From positions 1-24,852 of IMG/VR virus record IMGVR_UViG_3300017766_002849: DNA of 24,852 nt, one strand, 5' to 3'. Shown here piece after piece: positions 24,803-24,852 of this stretch (position 1 is its first letter; every line of letters begins with the position of its first letter). This DNA is from a virus (taxonomy: Duplodnaviria > Caudoviricetes). The notes beneath the pieces were generated by a model, which had not been told where the DNA came from, did not search any database, and saw only the letters and a program-made list of their open reading frames with translations. The position numbers were made by a program, and so were the translations under genes.

Positions 24803-24852
24803 TAGCCACCATATCTTCTACTAATTGACTAAATGATATTTCTGGAGTCCAA
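24786..24852 (-). CDS. gmd: 3' end of a GDP-mannose 4,6-dehydratase-like NAD-dependent epimerase/dehydratase (partial)
   Basis: The frame from 24851 reads WTPEISFSQLVEDMVASDQMV* (TAA 24788-24786), matching the (LG)W.P..SF..LV..MV..D C-terminus of Gmd. Not in the ORF track; only 21 aa visible. Confidence 0.65.
   Translation of the reverse strand, partial: WTPEISFSQLVEDMVASDQMV

Larger units (their letters stand above)
1..24852 (-). mobile_element. Tailed dsDNA phage (Caudoviricetes) morphogenesis region, siphovirus-like
   Basis: Co-oriented, tightly packed genes in the order terminase-portal-protease/scaffold-decoration-capsid-neck-tail terminator-tail tube-chaperones. No host housekeeping genes, integrase or tail sheath in the window. 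Confidence 0.95.

Noticed and set aside
1-24852. Stop-codon reassignment
   Set aside because: TAA, TAG and TGA all end full-length genes at sensible boundaries, and coding density is already near complete.

Overview
A 24.9-kb piece of a large tailed dsDNA phage genome. It holds the packaging, head and neck genes and the start of the tail module, all on the minus strand in the standard genetic code. Reading right to left: the 3' end of a Gmd-like sugar dehydratase, HNH nuclease, stand-alone ERCC4 nuclease, large terminase, portal, protease-scaffold (with a probable nested scaffold gene), decoration protein and major capsid protein followed by a terminator. Next comes a ~10-kb cassette of Ser/Gly-rich fibre/adhesin-like genes (HxH-repeat fibre, two paralogous beta-helix-like proteins, a DUF285/BspA repeat protein, a chaperone-like protein). 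After it lie the neck genes, tail terminator, tail tube (no sheath seen, so siphovirus-like), two hidden paralogous tail-chaperone-like genes and the probable start of the tape measure gene. The most notable signals are: (1) an RGTGTAT promoter-like motif 33-62 nt upstream of six starts; (2) an internal scaffold start with its own motif and SD; (3) a gapless 129-aa paralogy suggesting G/GT chaperones made by gene duplication rather than frameshifting; and (4) a strong Ser-Gly bias in surface proteins, possibly glycosylation sites. Product calls come from motifs and synteny read by eye, not from database searches.
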